From assembly GCA_965207455.1 (NCBI GenBank), contig CBDBMJ010000003.1:224001-288000 (forward strand): DNA of 64,000 nt. Direction: 5' to 3'. Under the pieces are notes generated by a model. That model saw only the letters and a program-made list of their open reading frames with translations. It was not told the origin of the DNA and made no database searches. Source of the DNA: Bdellovibrionota bacterium (GTDB taxonomy: Bacteria > Bdellovibrionota > UBA1018 > CAIPTA01 > JAALKR01). This document shows positions 59,111 through 64,000 of this stretch, in pieces. Numbering within the stretch: the first letter of the stretch is position 1; every line of letters begins with the position of its first letter. A program made the translations under genes and the position numbers.

Positions 59111-60568
59111 TCAAAAAATTAAAAAGAGGCGAGCCTGTTTCAACAGTAATAATAGGAATTCTCCTCCCCAAAATCCCCATAATAACAGCGGAAGTAGGGC
59201 CAGAACCAAGGCTAGACGAGTAAGCGTGCCCTGTATGACTGGATCTGCCCGGGGAGTGCTTGCTGGGGGATCTTCAAAGAAGAGAACTGCCACCAAACGT
59301 GCAAAAATCATAACCTGAACCAGCAAATATAGTAGAAACAAGGAGAAAACCACGGGTTGACTCTGAGCAAAAATCGTTCCCAGCGCCTGGAGTGTGGAGA
59401 AAAAGCCCATCATGGGCGGCAACCCTGCCAAAGAAATCAATACCAAGAGTAAAAGAAAGCAGAAATAGCTTCGACCCATGCCGCATAATTCCTCCATTTT
59501 TTCTTTCTTTTGTGACAAGCAAAGGCCCCCAAGTATCCAGAAATACAGCACTAAACCCATACTGATGCTAATAAATTGAATTACGATGGTGGAAAGAACC
59601 TGGGCATTAATGCTGCTCATCACAACCAAAAGGGAAGACCACTGCATCAGGACTATATGGGCAGAAAAGCAGCGAATATTTTTTTGGGCCAGCGCACCAA
59701 AAGCCCCATAAAATAAACCACAAAAGCCACAAACCGTAAATCCCATTAAAATACTAAGCCCCATGGTGGATGCCTGAGTCTCCGTTTTCATAAAAAACAA
59801 AAAAATAACAATTTTGATCAGGGCCAAAACACCTGCCCCCTGGATCAATAACGACTGGATGGCCTGATCGAGCCAAGTGGAGTTCTGCCCCCTATTAATC
59901 CCAATAAAATGGAAGGGAAATAGGGCGCTCACACAGAAAAAGGGTAGGAACAGCATAAAGATAAGGGGAACCCCATACAGGCCGTTTAAGCCATGAATAT
60001 AGTTTTTGATTTCCGTGTATGTCAAAGAGTCCAGTTGCGTGGATAGAATCACTAAGACAGCAAAGCTTAAGCAAAAGCAAACACTGGATTGAAGGTAGGA
60101 CTGTGCGGATATTTTTCTCCCCTCCCTCCCAGACATGGCAGAAAGAAGAATAGAGAAAAGCATTAGGCCGGATAGGCAAATAAAAGAGACGAGTGCATGC
60201 TCAGATAGGAGTAATACAGAGGAGAAAAAAGCTATGTTGACAATAAAAAATGAAAATTCCGCTCCCTTGTTAAAGGAAAATTTTTCCGAATAGTGGGTGA
60301 AGAGCAATAATAATAAGGAAACCACAAAGAGTGTGAAGCGAACAAAGACAAATACGGGATTCAAGCCAATGGCAGAAGAAAATAAAGAGATATTTTCTGT
60401 CGGTTGATAATATAAGGTGCTGAAGGCTGCAAAAGACATTCCCAACAAAGATAGACCTCGAATGAAAGAACGAGACTTGCTCCCATCTCCAAATGCTAAA
60501 AAAAACAGGATCAGAAAGGATGAACCAAGGAGTGTTATCTCAGGCAATATGGGCAGATAAAAAGACAC
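59111..60568 (-). CDS. Divergent NuoN-like antiporter-fold membrane protein
   Basis: ILPEITL, GAEF, ALFPFHF, ALAQKNIR, SLAGLPPMMGFF; canonical charged residues missing. Confidence 0.75.
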   Translation of the reverse strand: MSFYLPILPEITLLGSSFLILFFLAFGDGSKSRSFIRGLSLLGMSFAAFSTLYYQPTENISLFSSAIGLNPVFVFVRFTLFVVSLLLLLFTHYSEKFSFNKGAEFSFFIVNIAFFSSVLLLSEHALVSFICLSGLMLFSILLSAMSGREGRKISAQSYLQSSVCFCLSFAVLVILSTQLDSLTYTEIKNYIHGLNGLYGVPLIFMLFLPFFCVSALFPFHFIGINRGQNSTWLDQAIQSLLIQGAGVLALIKIVIFLFFMKTETQASTMGLSILMGFTVCGFCGLFYGAFGALAQKNIRCFSAHIVLMQWSSLLVVMSSINAQVLSTIVIQFISISMGLVLYFWILGGLCLSQKKEKMEELCGMGRSYFCFLLLLVLISLAGLPPMMGFFSTLQALGTIFAQSQPVVFSLFLLYLLVQVMIFARLVAVLFFEDPPASTPRADPVIQGTLTRLALVLALLPLLLWGFWGGEFLLLLLKQARLFLIF

Positions 60569-61984
60569 CTATCCCCCTCCTAAAAGATTTAATGCTTCAC
60601 TCACAGCATAGGAAAAATAACGGGATAATAATCGAGGATAGATTGTGAGTAGAACTAGGCACCCACCCATGAAAAAACAACAAAGGGCATCCCAGGAGTG
60701 CAGGCGTAGTAAGGGCGCTCTCTCTTTTGCGTATTCTTCATGAAAAACCGGAGACAGGGAGCGGTAGCAAGAAACCACTAGGAGTAGTGCAAGGAACAAA
60801 ACGATGGGGAAAACAAAGATCGTCTCCTTAGCTGTGAGCCCGTAAAAAATCAAGAGCGTGCTGTGGAATCCAAAGGAAACGGGAAGACAGAACGCAGCCA
60901 GCATAGTATAGACGGAAAACAATAATAATTTTGGATTATTGGGCGCATTCCCTAAGTACCCATCCTTACTCCCTCGCTCACTGATATCTATTATGGTAAA
61001 TATGGCGGCAAGGATAAGAAATAAAAATATTCCCATCATCAAGGCTCCAACGAAGCCTTCTTTGTTTCCGGAGCTTATACCTAAAAATATAAGCCCACTG
61101 AAAATTTGTTGAAACAATACTATTTGATCTCTTAGAGAAGTGCACCGTAAAAGCAATAGCGCAGGCAGGAGCATGGACACTAAGCCCACTATAAAAAATA
61201 AAAATTGAAATTCCATAAACTCGTTGGAAAAATCAGGAAACAAAAAACGAAGAAATGCGTAGAGCCCGAAATTGTAAACAGTCATCACAGGCAATAGAAG
61301 AATTAAATTCTTTGCACTGGACAATCGTCTCAAAAGCCAGTGGAAAGGAATCATTTTTATAAAAAATACTCCAGAGAGGAGTGCAAAGATCAAATATTTC
61401 TTAGAGCCTACCTCAACAGCGGAGTAAAACTCTGGGTATAGAATAAAAAAGCAGACAAGCAATAAAAAAATACTAATTGTACTTATGAGCATAAATGGTT
61501 TACTGAGGCGTTTTAACTCTGTAGATCCATCCGTACCAATTAAAAAAGTAGCGGGGACGATGCACAGGGCAGAAAAGAAAAGAAAGGAAAACAGGGTTGA
61601 TGAGGCGTACATTCCTAAGACACCAAACTCCAGTAACATTAAAGAGATAATTTTACCTCCATTGAGTCTTTCTCGACCCACCAGCACCACCACCATAAAT
61701 ACAAGGCTAGTTACCCATAAAAAGGGTGAATTAAGAGCATCTGTCGCAAAGTTTGTATTAATATTCCAAAAACCGGACCAAGGGTACGCACCAACACCAG
61801 GTACTATTTTTTGTGTTACGGCAAGTGCCTCTAAAAACATCCATGTATGAGTTAGAAATATAAATATTGTAGATAGTGCCACAGAAGACCACAGCCAGGA
61901 GTTCGCTTTATTCCAAAATAAAAAGCCAATAGCGGCAAGCGCTAGGGGTAAAAAGATAGTAATTTGTAAAAAAAACTCTGGCAT
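60569..61984 (-). CDS. Divergent NuoM-like antiporter-fold membrane protein
   Basis: FATDALN, IKMIPFHW, FGLYAFLRF, LPVSFGF; many transmembrane helices. Confidence 0.7.
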   Translation of the reverse strand: MPEFFLQITIFLPLALAAIGFLFWNKANSWLWSSVALSTIFIFLTHTWMFLEALAVTQKIVPGVGAYPWSGFWNINTNFATDALNSPFLWVTSLVFMVVVLVGRERLNGGKIISLMLLEFGVLGMYASSTLFSFLFFSALCIVPATFLIGTDGSTELKRLSKPFMLISTISIFLLLVCFFILYPEFYSAVEVGSKKYLIFALLSGVFFIKMIPFHWLLRRLSSAKNLILLLPVMTVYNFGLYAFLRFLFPDFSNEFMEFQFLFFIVGLVSMLLPALLLLRCTSLRDQIVLFQQIFSGLIFLGISSGNKEGFVGALMMGIFLFLILAAIFTIIDISERGSKDGYLGNAPNNPKLLLFSVYTMLAAFCLPVSFGFHSTLLIFYGLTAKETIFVFPIVLFLALLLVVSCYRSLSPVFHEEYAKERAPLLRLHSWDALCCFFMGGCLVLLTIYPRLLSRYFSYAVSEALNLLGGG

Positions 61985-61986
61985 AA

Positions 61987-63453
61987 TCAGTAAACAAAAC
62001 CCAAGAGTCCCACACTCCCAAGCCAGGAAATCAAACAAAAGAAAAGGCAAAGTGTGGCTAGTTTATAGTTAGCCTGCCAAGCCTCTCCCTTACTGTTAGA
62101 TTTACCCTGAACATCAATGTCCTTTCCAAATCCATGATCGAAAAAAAATATTCTGTAACCGCAATAAGTGAGTATGGTAGAATACAATGTCCATAATAGG
62201 ACTAGCAAAATAGAATGCTGAAGACTGGAATCAAAAATTACAGCGCCGGGCAAGGCAAAAATATAATACACAGGAGTCCCGGGAATACTCACTAAAAAAA
62301 CAAAGATGAGGAGAAATGTGGCTTTGTTGAGCGACCCTAGAAAATCATTATCGCATAAAAATCGAATGAAAACGGATAATACGGGAATGGTAATGCTGAT
62401 TAAGTATACAGATTGAAAATTTTCCGGCGAAAAGAAGCCTATAGAATAAAAGGCCATCCCCAGAAAAAAAACAATAATGCTCCCCAAAGCTCTTTCTTTA
62501 TATCCAGCTGCGCACAATAAATAACCGGAGAAAATTGCCATAAAAAATCCAAATATAGATATATTTCTCAAAAAAATCTGGCTCTCTTTGGGCAGGATAG
62601 AAACTATTTCATTAAAAATAAATAGAATGGCGCCCATAAAGATACAAAATGGAATGGAAATGATAGAGGAAATTTTTTTCTCTTCTCTTTCTGAATTGAA
62701 AATACCCATAAACCACGCAGACCAAAAACACAGGGGAAGAGAGAGGGCAAATGCGCTCACTAGAAAAAGGATGGTCCACAAATCTCCATCGAACGTTGCA
62801 CCAGAAAGCGGAGCAGAAAACACAGCTGCAAAAGAACTAAAATTCAAGGAGCTCATTTCAAAAACAAAGGATAGGGACACCAAAGATAAGAGCATTACAA
62901 TACCTCCAGAGATCTGAAGCAAAGCTGCCAACTCTCCATGCATTTCCTTTTTTGCCTTGCCAGCATCCACCTTAATATCCTGACAATAAAACAAGCGCAA
63001 CAGGAGAAACAAAACAATGCTAATAACTATGTGAAGTATGGAAATTAAAAGTAAATTTTCACAAACCACGTAAAAACTAATCAGCCCTTTAAAAAAAATA
63101 AGTAGAGATATGGCTCCCACAGACACTTTTTGCTTTTTGTAATAGTCTTGGAACAAGAGGAATAATACCAGAAAACATGCGTCAAAAATAAGAAGTAAGA
63201 AGGCATTCCTTGAGGTCAATGCCACCTCCCAAGCTATTCCCATCATGGGTAAAAATGGGGCAGAGTCTCTCAAAGGGGCACCTCCCTGTAATAAATGAGA
63301 AAGAAAGAAAATCAAAATAAGGCAAGAGAAGAAACTGGTAAATACACCGCACAGAGCATTCCACCGGTGCCCATAAAAAAATATATACTGAGCACTCCCA
63401 ACGATTAAGGGTGCTAGCAAAAATATCCAAAAAAGCGGTATATATAATTCCAT
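61987..63453 (-). CDS. Very divergent NuoM/MrpD-like multi-pass membrane protein
   Basis: PFLPMMGIAW, ALSLPLCFWSAW and SIPGTP align positionally with NuoM motifs; co-oriented within the nuo-like run. Confidence 0.55.
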   Translation of the reverse strand: MELYIPLFWIFLLAPLIVGSAQYIFFYGHRWNALCGVFTSFFSCLILIFFLSHLLQGGAPLRDSAPFLPMMGIAWEVALTSRNAFLLLIFDACFLVLFLLFQDYYKKQKVSVGAISLLIFFKGLISFYVVCENLLLISILHIVISIVLFLLLRLFYCQDIKVDAGKAKKEMHGELAALLQISGGIVMLLSLVSLSFVFEMSSLNFSSFAAVFSAPLSGATFDGDLWTILFLVSAFALSLPLCFWSAWFMGIFNSEREEKKISSIISIPFCIFMGAILFIFNEIVSILPKESQIFLRNISIFGFFMAIFSGYLLCAAGYKERALGSIIVFFLGMAFYSIGFFSPENFQSVYLISITIPVLSVFIRFLCDNDFLGSLNKATFLLIFVFLVSIPGTPVYYIFALPGAVIFDSSLQHSILLVLLWTLYSTILTYCGYRIFFFDHGFGKDIDVQGKSNSKGEAWQANYKLATLCLFFCLISWLGSVGLLGFVY

Positions 63454-63457
63454 TTCT

Positions 63458-64000
63458 CTATCCCGTTAGTATCAGTAGTACAACCATAGTCAAAATAAAA
63501 AAAACAGAGAAAAATAAATATGCTCTAGCAGCGCTATTTTGCACGCGTTGGACAAAATGAGATAAAGAGTGAGCAAGAACGGCGCTGCCATTCAAGAGAA
63601 CATTCATAATAACTGTTCCATCCAGACAGTTTATTTTTTTAGATACAAAATCCAAAAAAACCAATATTTTTTTTTGAGAAGCGGTCAAAATACTGGATTG
63701 TATATGGAAAACAAAAATATTGACTTTATCTAAAATATTATACATATAGGGTACTCCCTCCGATTCAAGGATCTCCCTTTTTCTTGAAAGATAAAGAGAA
63801 AACTTTTGACTTTTAGCTAGCCCTCCCCCTAGGAAAAAACCAATCACGGTCAGGAACACTATGGATGCAGCGGTATATAACATAATACTGGACGACTCTC
63901 CTGTCATAGTGGGCAAAATTCCATTCGTTCCCGAATAGACCCACTCCAATAAAGTTCCTCTCATCAAAGGCTCATTGCCCACTAAGAGAATGAAAATACC
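63458..64000 (-). CDS. C-terminal part of a NuoL-like protein (5' end beyond the window)
   Basis: Frame open to base 64000; C-terminal LDGTVI...VQRVQNSAARAYLFF resembles the NuoL tail (DxxxxD...QxGxxxxY). Confidence 0.5.
   Translation of the reverse strand, partial: GIFILLVGNEPLMRGTLLEWVYSGTNGILPTMTGESSSIMLYTAASIVFLTVIGFFLGGGLAKSQKFSLYLSRKREILESEGVPYMYNILDKVNIFVFHIQSSILTASQKKILVFLDFVSKKINCLDGTVIMNVLLNGSAVLAHSLSHFVQRVQNSAARAYLFFSVFFILTMVVLLILTG

Overview
Bacterial chromosomal window, probably from a Bdellovibrionota/Oligoflexia-like (deltaproteobacterial-grade) genome; this is inferred from gene content and protein style, not from a search. Core genes: deoC-aldehyde dehydrogenase (split ALDH16-like pair)-pfkB operon, tatC, two PPIases, a transpeptidase-only PBP, rlmE-mutS2 divergent from an RqcH/NFACT gene, meaB, rfaE-II, RDD, peptide ABC substrate-binding protein, dacB-mltD, sigma32-promoter grpE-dnaK-dnaJ-lpoA, fliD-fliS-(fliT-like)-TPR-GT9, and a complete nuoA-N operon preceded by a second, highly degenerate set of NuoL/M/M/N-like genes. 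Three accessory islands stand out. (1) At 3.7-13.2 kb, a six-gene minus-strand array of exported proteins carries three different peptidoglycan-attacking folds: two paralogues share an unrecognised Cys-rich N-terminal region but have swapped C-terminal catalytic domains (SleB/Hydrolase_2-like versus Tlde1/L,D-transpeptidase-like), two more are SLT-like paralogues, and two are candidate immunity/partner proteins. The Tlde1-like gene is split by an IS630 element that has unusual extra palindromic tips and a longer direct repeat. (2) A Sel1-repeat cluster at 29-31.6 kb. (3) An IS903-group IS5 element plus a tandem pair of secreted paralogues with conserved ends and a variable core at 43.3-45.7 kb. 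Islands 2 and 3 share a promoter/leader architecture. No rRNA, tRNA or CRISPR array was seen. Several single-base frameshifts may be assembly errors.
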